64,000 nucleotides of DNA from the human T2T-CHM13v2.0 reference genome, Homo sapiens, in the NCBI RefSeq assembly GCF_009914755.1, contig NC_060928.1, one strand, 5' to 3'. The notes beneath the pieces were generated by a model. The model saw only the letters and a list, made by a program, of their open reading frames with translations. It did not search any database and was not told the DNA's origin. The translations under genes were made by a program, and so were the position numbers. This document shows positions 39,751 through 62,575 of the stretch, one piece after another (within the stretch, counting starts at the first letter, position 1; each line of letters opens with the position of its first letter).

Positions 39751-40472
39751 CATATCATAGTTGGCCCACTTCTGTCACTTACGTTACATGGAAGTGGTTG
39801 AGTTTGTGACCCTCGGTCTAACTGCAAATTGTAAACTTCTCAGAAGCTGGAATAGTGGTCTAGATTCTATAACTACCACTCATGCATTTATTTTTGTAAC
39901 TTGTTTCTTTTTTTCTGATTATAAAAGTTACTCATGCTGATTCTAGAAAACTTGGAAATACAAAAAAGTATGAAAAATAAAACAACAGTGACATGCATGG
40001 TAACCGCAATTTAGTGATGACTGTTTAACTTCTGTTTTTTTTTTTTCATCTTTTTTTGCATCTAGTTATCTAAATTTTCATCGTATTTTGGATCAGACTA
40101 TATTTGCAGTTTGGTATTTTGCCTTATTTAGAAGACATTCTACCAGCTACTAAGTATGGCTTGTTCTGCCATATTGCAGTAAGTAGTTCAGTTTTCAAGA
40201 AAACTCACTTGATCAAAAATCACTTACAATGGAACTAGAGAGGTTACAGCCTAGAAAGTTTTAGACTCCCTCAAAAAGGGTATTTTTTTATGCTGGAATG
40301 TCTATCCGAGAGTACTTTTTTTAACAGTTATAAGGGCACAGCTCTAAAAGTTAAACATAATTGGAGAATTCCAACATCATATGGTTCGAAAGTCACTCAA
40401 AAAAAAAAAATAATGTCTAAGTGCATGTGAAAGGCTTGAATAATGTTATTTCATTAAATGAGAGAATTGAGG

Positions 40473-40770
40473 GTCAGGCTTGGTGGTTCATGCCTGTAAT
40501 CCCAGCACTTTGGGAGACGAAGACGGGCGAATCACTTGAGCTCCGGAGTTTGAGATCAGCCTGGGGAAGACGATAAAACCCTGTCTCTACAAAAAATACA
40601 AATTTAGCCACATGCAGTGGCATGCACCTGTAGTCCCAGCTACTTGGGAGGCTGAGGCAAGAGAATTGCTTGTGCCCGAGAGACAGAGGTTGCTTGTGCC
40701 CAGGAGCTGAGATCATGCCACTGCACTCCTGCCTGGGCAACCGGAGTGAAATCCTGACTCCAAAAAAAAG
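40473..40770 (+). mobile_element. Alu
   Basis: TSD agagaattg; internal repeat of ttgcttgtgccc. Confidence 0.9.
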
Positions 40771-40842
40771 AGAATTGGAAAAAGCAAATTTTCTAAATTC
40801 CTATTTAGAATTTAGAATTATAAATTCCTATTCATAATTTTA

Positions 40843-41190
<348 letters not shown>

Positions 41191-41264
41191 AAGTATGAAT
41201 AGACATTTGACTATTTCATCTATATGCCTAAAAGTTTATTTATTTTAATTAATTAATTAATTAG

Positions 41265-42537
41265 TTTATTTACATTGGAGATGGAGTCTCACTCTGTCAC
41301 GAAGGCTGGAGGGCAATGGCATGATCTAGGCTCACTGCAACCTCCACCTCCCAGGTTCAAGTGATTCTCTGCCTCAGCCTCCCGAGTGGCTGGGATTACA
41401 GGTGCCCGTCACCACGCCCGGCTAATTTCTGTATTTTTAGTGGAGACAGGGTTTCACCATCTTGGCCAGGCTGTTCTTGAACTCCTGACATCGTGATCCA
41501 CCCACCTCGGCCTCCCAAAGTGCTGGGATTACAGGCATGAGCCACCGCGCCTGGCCTTATTTATTATTATTTTAGAAATGGGGTCTTACTCTGTTGTCCA
41601 GGGTGGAGTGCAGTGCTTTCCTCACAGCTCACTGCAGTCTTGAACTCCTGGGCTCAACTGATCCTCCCACCTCAGCCTCCCTCATGGCTGTGACTACAGG
41701 TGCAGGCCACCACTACTGGTTTTTATTTTTTATTTGTAGAGATGGGATCTTGCTATGTTGCCCAGGCTGGTCTCAATATCCTGGCCTCAAGGGAGCCTCC
41801 TGCCTCGGCCTCCCAAAGTGCTGGAATTACGGTTTAATTTTTTCGTAAATTAAATTAAATTTTACTTTTCAGACAGGATCTAGCTCTGTCCCTCAGGCTA
41901 GAGTGCAGTGGTACAAAATGACAGCTCACTGCAACCTCAACCACCTGGGTTCAAGCTGTCTTCCTGCCTCAGCCTCCCGAGTAGCTGGGAGTCCAAAAAC
42001 ATGCCACCATGCACAGCTAATTTTTCATTTTTTTTCAGAGATAGGGATCTCACTATGTTGCCCAGGCTGGTCTTGAACTCCCAGCCTCAGAACTCCCAGG
42101 CTCAAGTGATCCCTCCACCTCAGCCTCCCAAAAGTCGGAGGTGTGAGCCACCACACCTGGCTGAAAACCTTTTTCATGAAGAAAAACATTGGAGATATTA
42201 GGAACATAAGTAGTCATTGTATTTAGTTTATTTTGTTTGTTTTTTGTTTTTTTTTTGACAGAGTCTCACTCTGTCACCCACGCTGGAGCGCAATGGCATG
42301 ATCTCGGCTCACTGCAACGTCTGCCTCCTGGGTTCAAGTGATTCTCATGCCTCAGCCTCCCAGGTAGCTGAGATTACAAGTGAGCGCCGCAATGCCTGGC
42401 TAATTTTCGTATTTTTAGTAGAGATGGGGTTTCACCATGTTGCCCAGACTGGTCTTGAACTCCTGGCCTCAAGCAGTCCACCCGCCTCAGCCTCCCAAAG
42501 TGCTGGGATTATGGATGTGAGCCCCTGTGCCTGGCCT
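41265..42537 (-). mobile_element. Four antisense Alus
   Basis: About 41265-41555, 41560-41832, 41868-42162, 42225-42537. Confidence 0.9.
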
Positions 42538-42743
42538 CATATTTGGCACTTTATTTCGAATCATAGCATTCTAAAATTGAGAGGGCTTTGGATGCCATCC
42601 CTGTAACTCTCTCCTTGAAATTGAAATCCCCTCTACAAATCACAGTAAGTGATTGTCCATTCTCCACCTGAAGGTCTCCTGCGATGGGAAATCCACTGCC
42701 CCAGAGGAGCAGTCCAGAGCTTCCTGACCAAAAAGTTCTTCCA

Positions 42744-43038
<295 letters not shown>

Positions 43039-43522
43039 GTTCTTCCTCACGTTGAAGCAAAGCATCTTCTGCTGACTTCCACCTGGTTGCCCAATTCTGC
43101 TCTCCAACTCTGATTCTTGTCCATATGACAGGCTCTTCACTATTTCAAAGTGATGACATTGCCAAACAATCTTTTTTAAGCTAAGCATCTCTAATTTTTT
43201 CATGTTTCTGATATGTCATCGTTTCCAGATGTTTTTAGAAATTCAGAATGATTTTAGGATTACATGAAATTAAAAAGGAGTTAGATGAAAATAGTTCTGG
43301 ATCTGAACAAGGAAAGGAATCTTGCTCATAGTAGGAATAATTCATGTCATCTCAATTAATCCTCACAGCTGCACACTAAGGCCGACTGTTGGTCAAGACT
43401 TACTGTCCTGCAAGTGACAGACAACCTAACTCAACCTGGCTTAAGCAAAACAAATAAATACACTAATGAGGAGCTAAAAAGTCCCACAGTTGATCTGAGC
43501 CTTCAGTATAACTTGAGCACAG

Positions 43523-43845
43523 GGCCGGGCGCAGTGGCTCACGCCTGTAATCCCAGCACTTCGGGAGGCCGAAGCAGGCAGATCACGAGGTCAGATCAAG
43601 ACCATCCTGGCTAACACAGTGAAACTCCATCTCTACTAAAAATACAAAAAATTAGCCGGGCGTGGTGGCGGGCGCCTGTGGTCCCAGCTGCTCTGCTCGG
43701 GAGGCTGAGGCAGGACAATGGCGTGAACCTGGGAGGCGGAGCTTGCAGTGAGCCAAGATCGCACGACTGCACTCTAGCCTGGGCGACAGAGCGAGACTCC
43801 ATCTCAAAAAAAAAAATAAATAAATAAAAAATAAAAAACAAAAAG
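43523..43845 (+). mobile_element. AluY inside an MLT1 (MaLR) LTR
   Basis: TSD ataacttgagca; MLT1-like flank tgcaagtgacagacaacctaactcaacctggcttaagcaaaa. Confidence 0.9.
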
Positions 43846-43866
43846 AAAATAACTTGAGCAGGAACT

Positions 43867-44996
43867 TGTAGGGACCAAAGGAAATTTCCTCTTCACCCTT
43901 TGAAGATTTGCAGAAAAAAAAAATGAACTCACAAAGGACAGATTAATTGGAGAAAAGGGATACAAATCTTTTTTTTTAATTAATTAATTTTTTTTTGAGC
44001 CAGAGTTTCCACTCTGTCACCTAGGCTGGAGTGCAGTGGTGCGATCTTGGCTCACTGCAACTTCTGCCTCCTGGGTTCAAGTGATTCTTCTGCCTTAGCC
44101 CCCAATTAGCTGAGATTACAGGCGCATGCCACCACACCCGGCTAATTTTTGTATTTTTAGTAGAGATGAGGTTTCACCATGTTGGCAAGGCTGGGCTCGA
44201 GCTCCTAGCCTCAAGTGATCTGCCCGCCTCGGCCTCCCAAAGTGTTGGGATTACAGGCGGGAGCCACGGCTCCCGGCCACAAATCTTAATATGTATTCGG
44301 GGAGAATCGCAGAGTGATTACCCAACCACACAGTGGTTCAGAAGTTTATATACCATCCTGGTAAAATAGCCTATGGGAGGATGGGAAAAGAGGAAATCTA
44401 TTGAGGGGATTACTAGGAAGAACGAGTGGGTCAGGGAACAGAGAACTTGGACAAGCCAGGCACGGTGGCTCACACCTGTAATCCTAGCACTTTAGGAGGC
44501 TGAGGCGGGTGGATCACTTGAGGTCAGGAGTTTGAGACCAGCCTGGCCAACACGGCAGAACCCTGTCTCTACTAAAAATACAAAAATTAGCCAGACGTGG
44601 TGGCACAAGCCTGTAATCCCAGCTACTGGGGAGGCTGAGGCAGCAAGAATTGCTTGAACCTGGAAGGCGGAGGTTGCAGTGAGCTGAGATCGCACCATTG
44701 CACTCCAGTCTAGGGGTCAGAGTGAGACTGAATCTCAAAAAGAAAAAAGAAAAAAAACTTGGAGATTATCTTGGGAAAAGGTCTGTTCAGGTGTGGTTAC
44801 ATTCTTGGTCTAACAGGGAGGGGAAAGAAAACACAGTAGTTTTTCTGGCAGGTCTAGATTTCAGTCAGATAAAGGAACTTCAATGTTATCCTGTGCTTTG
44901 GGAGGGATGGCTGGGGAGGGGGAAGGTCAGGGAGGCCTTGAGGCTTCTTCAGTTTACCATGTCAAAGTGCCATATACTGGTTTCTGTGCTCCAGCA
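43867..44996 (-). mobile_element. Solo ERV1 LTR (MER4 group) containing two Alus (43970-44278 -, 44452-44755 +)
   Basis: TG...CA termini with perfect 4-bp TSD aact (43863-43866, 44997-45000); the host MLT1 resumes at aactcaaatgatgacactagg. Confidence 0.8.
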
Positions 44997-45099
44997 AACT
45001 CAAATGATGACACTAGGTCCTGGTTTCTGTCCCCCTCTCAGCAATGTTGTCTTCCGTATTGCCTTCATTCTTGGTCAAAACTGTGGTGGCTCCATGACC

Positions 45100-45575
<476 letters not shown>

Positions 45576-45904
45576 AATCACTTTTAGTGACTCCTGCAAC
45601 TGTAGGCTCACATCCTCCCCAAGTTCAAGTACATCAAGGAAAAGCACTTGATGTTCCAATAAAAGTTTCATTGTATTGCACTGGCTCTAACTGCATGAAA
45701 TGCCTGCCTGCGAACCAGTGATTTGGCCAGGGATGTGGTAAGTCTTGCTGGCGGTCAGCATCCTATATTACCTCTGAAGTTAAGGGCAGTGGTGCCACCA
45801 TCCAAAATGTATGGACTACGAGTGGCAGAGGGGTGTTTCCCCAGAAGCAAATCCGCGTGCTGTTACCCAAAGAAAAGGAAATCAAACCAGCCATGTCCAG
45901 TTAT

Positions 45905-46310
<406 letters not shown>

Positions 46311-46312
46311 TA

Positions 46313-46783
<471 letters not shown>

Positions 46784-47363
46784 TCAGTAGCTTTGAGTGA
46801 CAAAGTAACTAATCTCCAGCCCTGGTTATTGAGAAACTCCTGAATTGTTTGCACTGAGCTGCCGGTTTCATCCAGAATTCCTGGCAAAGGTGTTAGAACG
46901 GCTCCATGATTGGTCAGTGAAATCATCACCATCTTCCCAGAACTCAGGTGCAAGCTGTTGGGATGGGAAGCCAGTCACCCACTTTATTTTCATTTCCTGA
47001 AAGTGATCTGGTACCGTTTGTCATGGGTCTTTGTCTTAAGAAGCCTCAACCGTAAGCGTAGAGACTGGGGACACCACAGTGGACACTGATGCTCCAGGGA
47101 TGAGGCGTGCCCAGCCAGTGCAGTTTTAAGACGGAAAAGTGAATGCCTTGGTCACCATTGGCACCGGCCATTATTGTTACTCTGCAAAGCATTTCATGTA
47201 TTTCTCTTATCTGTCTGTCCTGAAGACATTTGAAATGCCATCCCCAGTTAGAGTTCAGAAAGTTAAACTACGTCCTTCATTAATAGCAGAACAAACTGTG
47301 ATATAACCATGCAGATAATATGTTCATGCATGGAATACCATCCAACTGTTTAAAATAATAAAC

Positions 47364-48258
<895 letters not shown>

Positions 48259-48431
48259 GAATAAACTGGGATGACTGTATATCAGTATTGGTAAATCTCT
48301 AAAACATAATGTTGAGGAAAAAAAGGAAGTTGTAGAAGGAGGCACACAAAGTCAGGGATATATGGGCTACATAAGAGGTAAAAATGTAAACACATACAGA
48401 GGCACTTCAAGATGATAGGTCTTTGAAATAA

Positions 48432-49105
<674 letters not shown>

Positions 49106-49382
49106 TCTCAGTTTTATTTTTGAAACTTGGTGGTGGATAAAAAGATGTTTGTCATGCTATTCTCTATGCTTTTTGTTTAAATAAAGCATTTGGCAATGAA
49201 ATCTCCTCCCCGCCCCAGTTATGGTCAAGTTTTCATCTCAATGCTGTACTGGTCAGGAGTCAGTGACAGACATAATCGACTCTGGCTGGCTAGCTAGTTT
49301 AGGCTGAAGGAGAATTAATATTGATTACAGAATCAATCAGGAGGCTGAAAGTACCACTCTGAGCTTTAGAAGGGGGAGGATA

Positions 49383-50082
<700 letters not shown>

Positions 50083-50649
50083 GAAGTGGAAGGTCAGGCA
50101 GCAAGGAAATTACTGACTCTTATGTTACTGGCTGGCTTGGGAAGCCACCGTGGGAAAGCCAGACTCCACAGGAATGGCCCTTGCCACAAGAAACAGTGGA
50201 AGCAGCAGAAGGGTGGTCTTATCCTCGTTGCTTCCTGCTGGTTGATGGAATCTCATCAGCATGTGGAATCCTGGAGCCTGGGAATTGTGTTTCTTAACTT
50301 TCCAGCCTCTGCCGTGGAGAAAGACCCACCCTAGGAGAAGGCAGGAAACGTTGATCCATCCACTGTATGTACTTCTCACAGAAGCCATATTGTTCATCTC
50401 TTTTAGCTTCTACACACCCAGTCTTCCAGCCCTGAACTTCCACCTTTGCCCCTACTCTGAACTGTCACCACCAGCCTTCTTAATAGATTGGGGTGGGCAG
50501 TTGGAGCCACTCTTAGTGAAAAATAATGCCATTCAGTAGGCACTATTATAAGATGGCATGTTTATGCATGTATGATGCAGGCACAGAATTGGTATGAATG
50601 CATTAGATCTAGAAAGAAATCTGAGGTCACAGTGGACCACAGCTAGCTA

Positions 50650-51057
<408 letters not shown>

Positions 51058-51274
51058 CTATGCACCTGGTGAGGCCAAAGTAACCTTTAGGTGTTACTCC
51101 CAGGTGGATCAGGTAGAGACAGAGGGTGGGGAACTAACAACAACTACCTGTTGAGTCAAATGCCAAACGTTGAGTCAAATGCCTGCTCCATGTGGCCAGG
51201 GGCTAGGGCAGAGCTTGGCTGAGCCCCCTGGAGGCAGGAAGCTGTGTTATCTAGCACCATGCACTCCTACCTAC

Positions 51275-51937
51275 TGTGTCCGGAATTTATTCCTTCCGGT
51301 GAGTTCTTGGTCTTGCTGACTTCAAGAATGAAGCCACGGACCTGCACGGTGAGTGTTACAGCTCCTAAAGATGGTGTGTCCGGAATTTGTTCCTTCAGAT
51401 GTTCAGATGTGTACAGAGTTTCTTCCTTCTGGTGGGTTCGTGGTCTCGCTGACTTCAGGAGTGAAGCCGCAGACCTTCGCAGTGAGTGTTACAGCTCTTA
51501 AAGGTGGTGTGTCCGTAGTTGTTTGTTCCTCGCGCTGGGTTCGTGGTCTTGCTGACTTCAGGAATGAAGCTGCAGACTCTTGCAGTGAGTGTTACGGCTC
51601 ATAAAGGTGGTGCAGACCCAAAGACTGAGCAGCAGCAAGATTTATTGTGAAGAGTGAAAGAACAAACCTTCCACAGCGTGGAAGGGACCCCACTGGATTG
51701 CCGGTGCTGGCTCGGGTGGCCAGCTTTTATTCCCTTATTTGGCCCCGCCCACATCCTGCTGACTGGTCCATTTTACAGAGCGCTGACTGGTGCGTTTACA
51801 TTCCTTTAGTTAGACACAGAGTGCTGATTGGTGCAATTTTACAGAGTGCTGATTGGTGCGTTTACAATCCTTTAGCTAGACCCAAAAGTTCTCCAAGTCC
51901 CCACCCGACCCAGAAGCCCAGCTGGCTTCACCTCTCA
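51275..51937 (-). mobile_element. LTR12-family solo LTR (HERV9)
   Basis: Minus strand starts TGAGAGGTGAAGCCAGCTGG; tandem gtgagtgttacagctc U5 repeats and agagtgctgattggtg CCAAT repeats; TSD ctac/ctag. Confidence 0.95.
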
Positions 51938-52535
51938 CTAGACAAGTGGTGACAGGTGAAAGGAAGGAGAACCTGCAGCAAAAGCAGTTTTGATTTTTTT
52001 CACTTTTTAGAAAGTTTTCCCATGTGACAAGCAGCAGCAACCCACTCATGCTTCCTCAAATGGAAATGGAATCTATTGGAAGTCTATGGGGGCTCTGGCA
52101 ATCAGTGGGTGCCCAAAGGTGCAGGTTGGGAAGATGGGTAGGAGCTGAGAAGGAGCCTTGGAGAGGAGCCCTGCAGGTGACGGCCAGCAGGGATACTGCA
52201 ACCATGATCTCCCCGGGAGAGCTTCTCATCACCTCTTCATCTCCTGGGTAGTAGCATCTAAGTGACAGTGCTTAGGTGTGCCTGGGCTCCTGGCTCCCAG
52301 GAGGTGAAAAGTACCACGAGGAGCTGTTCAATTCTAATCAGATATTTCTGCCTGGGGAAGGTTCTCAGCCTGTAGCCTCCTCTAAGTTACAAAGGGAACT
52401 TAGCAAGTGTTAGAAAAGTATTAGAGACAGGCTGGTACTTAACCAGGACGTTCTTGGGTAGAAAATATACTCAGCAATAAAATGTCACATAAAATTAAGA
52501 AACTCTTTCAAATAAATGTGTTAGTGATAACATAG

Positions 52536-52887
<352 letters not shown>

Positions 52888-52894
52888 TCACTCA

Positions 52895-53759
<865 letters not shown>

Positions 53760-53964
53760 TTAAATTAAATGTAAGGGCTTTTTAAGTGTGGGATGCTGTG
53801 TGATGGTACAGGTCACACATACTCGAAGCTGGCCTGCTGCTAGGGGACTCTCCCCAAATAGATTGGATGCAGCAATGGCCACTCTACTGGAATCCCCTTT
53901 TTCATGCCGAGAAGTTAGGTGGGCAGGCTGACAAGTCACTTTTGTGGACTATCACAATATGTGA

Positions 53965-54568
<604 letters not shown>

Positions 54569-54770
54569 TGAGGGAGATAATTTTGCAAGCAAAGAATTAA
54601 AATGCTGTGCAATCCCCAGTGCAGGGGACATACGTGAAGGTCTGAGAGAGGGGCCCCAAGTTGGCCTGGGGGAGGCAAGAAATGGCCTCAATGGGCCATT
54701 CTAAAGACCATGGACTTCGTATATGGTGGATGCGGAGCCAGGGTTCTGATTTGTGTTTAGAACATCACGT

Positions 54771-55375
54771 GGCTGGGTGCAGTGGTGGCTCACACCTGTA
54801 ATCCTAGAATTTTGAGAGGCCAGGGTGGGTGGACCACTTAAGCCAGGAGCTGAAGACCAGCCTGGGCAACATGGCAAAACCTTGCCTCTACAAAATATAC
54901 AAAAATTAGCTGGGTGTGGTGGTGCATGCCTGTAGTCTCAGCTACTTAGGAGGCTGAGGGGTGGGATGATTGCTTGAGCCCAAGAGGTCAAGGCTGCAGT
55001 GAGCTGTGATCGTGCCCCTGCACTCTAGCCTAAGTGACAGAGTGAGACCCTGTGTCAAAGCCCAAAAAAACAGGCTGGGGACAGTGGCTTATGCCTATAA
55101 TTCTGGCACTTTGGGAGGCCGAGGCAGGTGGATCACCTGAGATCAGGAGTTTGAGACCAGCCTGACCAACATGGTGAAAGCCCATCTCTACTAAAAATAC
55201 AAAAATTAGCTGGGCGTGGTGGTGCGCACCTGTAATCCCAGCTATTGGGAGGCTGAGGAGAATCGCTTGAACTTGGGAGGCGGAGGTTGTAGTGAGCCGA
55301 GATCCAACCACTGCACTCCAGCCTGGGCAACAGAGCGAGAACCTGTCTCAAAACAGACAAAAAAAAAAAAAAAGA
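54771..55375 (+). mobile_element. Two tandem sense Alus within one TSD
   Basis: agaacatcac on both flanks. Confidence 0.9.
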
Positions 55376-55445
55376 CCAGAACATCACACTAGCAGGGTGG
55401 AGGCAGCCAGACTGGTACTAGGGAGCACAATTATGGGACTGCTCA

Positions 55446-56390
55446 TGAAATCGCCGTTGCAAAATTATGTCTGGGATAGTGAAAGAGATCTGACCTAACC
55501 ATTTCCATCTTGCTTCTAAACCTCCAAGCTGTCCTTGTTCATTCCTAGGTACAATTTTGGGAGGCACTTAGCTTACAGTTTATAGTTTAGAACAAAGATG
55601 ATAACAGTCCTTTCCCAAAACAAACCCCTTTCTTGCCTGGGGACTAGAGTGTCTTTGTAGACTAATGAATTAGTCAAAAGATTAGAAATTATGGTTTAGG
55701 AGTCATGCAGCTGGAGGCTACAAGATTCTGACCCTCCCCAAATTGCTCCTGGAGATAGCATCACTTTATAAAGCCTGAGGTCAGCGCTTGAGATATTTTG
55801 CAGAGCCTGGACTTGATGGATCAGCTGGCACCACCCAGATCCATAAATTGGCTCATCTGATCTTGTGGCCCCCATCCATCTGTGTTCTTGTGGAATTCAC
55901 CCAGGTGAGTTCATGTCTGACCCAACCAATCAACACTCCTGACTCACTGGCTGTCCCCCTACTCACCAAATTATCCTTCAAAACTCTGATTCCTGAGGCA
56001 GGTGGATTACGAGGTCAGGAGATCGAGACCACGGTGAAACCCCATCTCTACTAAAAATACAAAAAATTAGCCAGGTGCAGTGGCGGGCGCCTGTAGTCCT
56101 AGCTACTCGGGAGGCTGAGGCAGGAGAATGGCATGAACCTGGGAGGCGGAGAGATCGCGCCACTGCACTCTAGCCTGGGTGACAGAGCAAGACTCTATCT
56201 CAAAAAAACCAACAACTCTGATTCCCATATGCTCAGGGAGACTGATTTGAGTAATAATAAGACTCCGGTCTCCTGCACAGCTAACTCTGCTTGAATTACT
56301 CTTTACTGTTTTCTCTATTGCAATTCTTCCTGTCCTGATAAATTGGCTCTGTCTAGGCAGTGGTCAAGGTGAACCCACTGGGCTATTACA
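55446..56390 (+). mobile_element. LTR8-family solo LTR (ERV1) with a 5'-truncated AluY inside (55994-56210)
   Basis: TGAAATCGCCGTTGCAAAATTAT...GGGCTATTACA; perfect TSD ctca (55442-55445, 56391-56394); Alu TSD aactctgattcc. Confidence 0.9.
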
Positions 56391-56479
56391 CTCACTATTC
56401 CAGTGAGACACAGCCAGGTCCTGAGCTACAACAGTGGTACCAGGCCTGGGGAGGGGCTGCGGATTCAATAGTTAATTCA

Positions 56480-56950
56480 GGGCTGGGTGCAGTGGCTCAC
56501 GCGTGTAGTTCCAGCAGCACGTTGGGAGGCCAAGGAGGGCAGATCACTTGAGGTCAGGAGTTCGAGACCAGCCTGGCCAACACGGTGAAACCCTGTCTCT
56601 ATTAAAGATACAAAAAATAGCCAGGCGTTGGTGGCACAGGCCTGTGGTCCCAACTACTCAGGAGGCTGAGGAAGGAGAATCGCTTGAACCCTGGAGGCTG
56701 AGGTTGCAGTGAGTGGAGAATATGTCACTGCACTTCAGCTTGGGCAACAGAGTGAGACTCTGTCCCACCCCCCCCCAAAAAAAGAGTAAAAGAGTTAATT
56801 CAGGTTGGGTACAGTGGCTCACTAAGTGCTATAATCCCAGCACTTAGGGAGGCTGAGGCAGGAGGATTGCTTGGGCTTAGGAGTTTGTGAACAGCCTGGG
56901 CAACATAGCGAGACCTCATCTCTATTAAACAAACAAACAAACAAAAAAGG
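56480..56950 (+). mobile_element. Alu (56480-56785) and FLAM (56802-56948)
   Basis: agttaattcag occurs three times, flanking both elements. Confidence 0.9.
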
Positions 56951-57912
56951 AGTTAATTCAGAGATAGGATCAACTTGGGCTGTTGATTGATTGGATTGGG
57001 TGGAGGTTGAGTGGGTATTAGAGTTGAAACAATAATTTTTATTTTTGCAAAGTCGAAACAATATTCTAAGAATAATTAGCTTCTGACTTTGGGCAGATAT
57101 ATGGACACAAGAAGAAAGGTAGCTTGGAGGGAAAGACTATGAATGTTATTAGTAATTTTGTAACTCAATAAAGATATTGGGAGAACTACATGTCACTAAA
57201 TTTTTTTTTGTCTTGCAGAATCACCAGTGATTTTTAGTATAAATACGGCAGAGCTGGAAACCTGGAAAATAGAACAAAATGAATGGATTGGTTATCCTAC
57301 CGCTGAAGCAATCAAAACAGCACAACTTGGGAAGAGAAAATTTAGGGTTCACAATTGTTTTTAGTTCTGTAATTAAGCCAATCATTCGAACACAAATATG
57401 TTATTTAAAAATAAAAACCATTTCCCTAGCTTTTATCAGTAGACTCATAACTTACTTATTTATACCTTTAATAGACTGTGACAGAAGAATTCAGGTACTT
57501 AAATTAAAAGATGTAGGGGGATGGTGGGGAAGGAGGATTCTTCTAAAGTTCAACTAAATCATTCAAATTAAAAAATGTCCTTAATGATTTAATTGGTTAG
57601 TAGTCACCCTGTGTATACAACATAAATCCTTGAAATGATTAACAGAAGGGAAAGATGGGTGGCAGCCCATAACAGTCTCCTTATTTAGAAAGCATTTGGG
57701 GGCAGGTTTTATAATGCAGTCTTAAAATAGCCGCTAACCAGATTCTGATTTCAGGAGCTGTAAGAATGTGGAGGCCTTAGCCACATCACCTGAGTGGTAA
57801 TTAGCATTAAACGACACAGCAACCATTTCTCATTTCACACTTTATAGGCCCCTTAGTTCCACCTCTGCGGTAATGGAGGGAAACTATTTAGGTATTCATA
57901 TATGCGAGATCA

Positions 57913-58281
<369 letters not shown>

Positions 58282-58285
58282 TTAG

Positions 58286-58956
<671 letters not shown>

Positions 58957-60046
58957 TAATGGCTCAGTAAATTTGGTTTTTGAGTCTTTCCACCTATAAG
59001 GCTGGGCAGCTGGGAGGATGAATGACATAATAGTCCTGATGATACAGGCTCTCTCTTCTCTCTGCGTTGGGGACATTGGTTTTTGTCAGAGGCCAGCTGT
59101 CTCCTGGAGCACACGTTCACTGGGGCCAAAGAGTCTGCACCGGTCTAAGGGACTTCGTATGTGGAAATCGCATTACTGCCTCTTACAGGAACTCCTTTTG
59201 TTTGGAACCAGCCTAACAAGACTCCTCTCTGGGCAATAGTTGATGTAGAAGTGTTTCTTCTCTTGACAGCCCTGCTCTAGGGGTTGAAGAATGACCAAGT
59301 TGATTCCGGTTCTCAAAACTTAATCAAGCATCTTCCTAAATGGGATTATTCACATTCCTGCGGCATGTGAAGCAAAATTGGAATCTGCTTGAGTATTTTT
59401 GCTGGAAGCAGGTGGAAGTATTATAACCAGCCTTTAGGGGAAAATGCCAGATATGCTGATGGACAAAGAAGTAACTTTGCTGAGAGAGTCGGCAGCTGGA
59501 GGGCATGCATGGGGGTCATAGATTGTACTTGGCAGCCAGGGTGGGACAGTTGCTGGCCTTGGAGGAATCATTGAGAGATTGCTTGTCACATGGCTTTGTG
59601 TCAAAGTGTCAGACCATGAAACGCCTCCACCCTAGGTGACTTCTGGATGACTGAGCACAGAGCACATCGGGGCTAAAACAGCTTCAAACCTTCCGTGAAT
59701 TAGTGACAGTCATTGTTTGGTTATTAACTCTTGCGTGTGGGGGGCCGAGCCCCTGACGGCTAAACCAGGGGAATAAAACCGCCTTCTCCACTGACAGCCC
59801 TTAACCCATTGCTGACTTATGTTCTGGGTCCTGTTTGGACAGCCTTTCAGATTGGCTACAGGATGTGTTGATCTAGGTACTGCAAAAAAACTTCCTTCTA
59901 GAAGCCAGGACTTTTAACTTTACTCAAATATCTCTTTGACCAAAGGATGTGGTTATTTTGTTTCCTTCTCTCCAGCTCAGGGAAGCTGTCAATAGCTCTC
60001 TGAGGCAAAGAGTCTTCCAGCTGAAAACAGGTACCTCTGGGATTAG

Positions 60047-60405
<359 letters not shown>

Positions 60406-60637
60406 GGCATTCCAAAGTGCTGGGAAGGTCATTCCTCCCAGGTCACCCCTCCTACAGCGTCCAGTCCTAAATTTTTTTTCAAAAAAGAAAAAAGTGGAGA
60501 AAGGAATGACTTTAAATGTCCTTCCTCAGATCACCCAATATAATTTATCTACCCCCCACCCAGGCACTGTTTACTATATCACACTGATATATTTCCATAC
60601 ATAGTATAACACATTGCTATTTAAAATGATCCTGTTT

Positions 60638-61962
<1,325 letters not shown>

Positions 61963-62028
61963 AAAATAATCCTGTTTATTTAAGGGTTTCTTTGATTATG
62001 GTCTTTTCCCCATGTAAAATAAACTCCA

Positions 62029-62575
<547 letters not shown>

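Noticed and set aside
51290-51610. Regularly repeated gtgagtgttacagctc units resembling an array
   Set aside because: Normal internal repeats of LTR12, not CRISPR or a new repeat system
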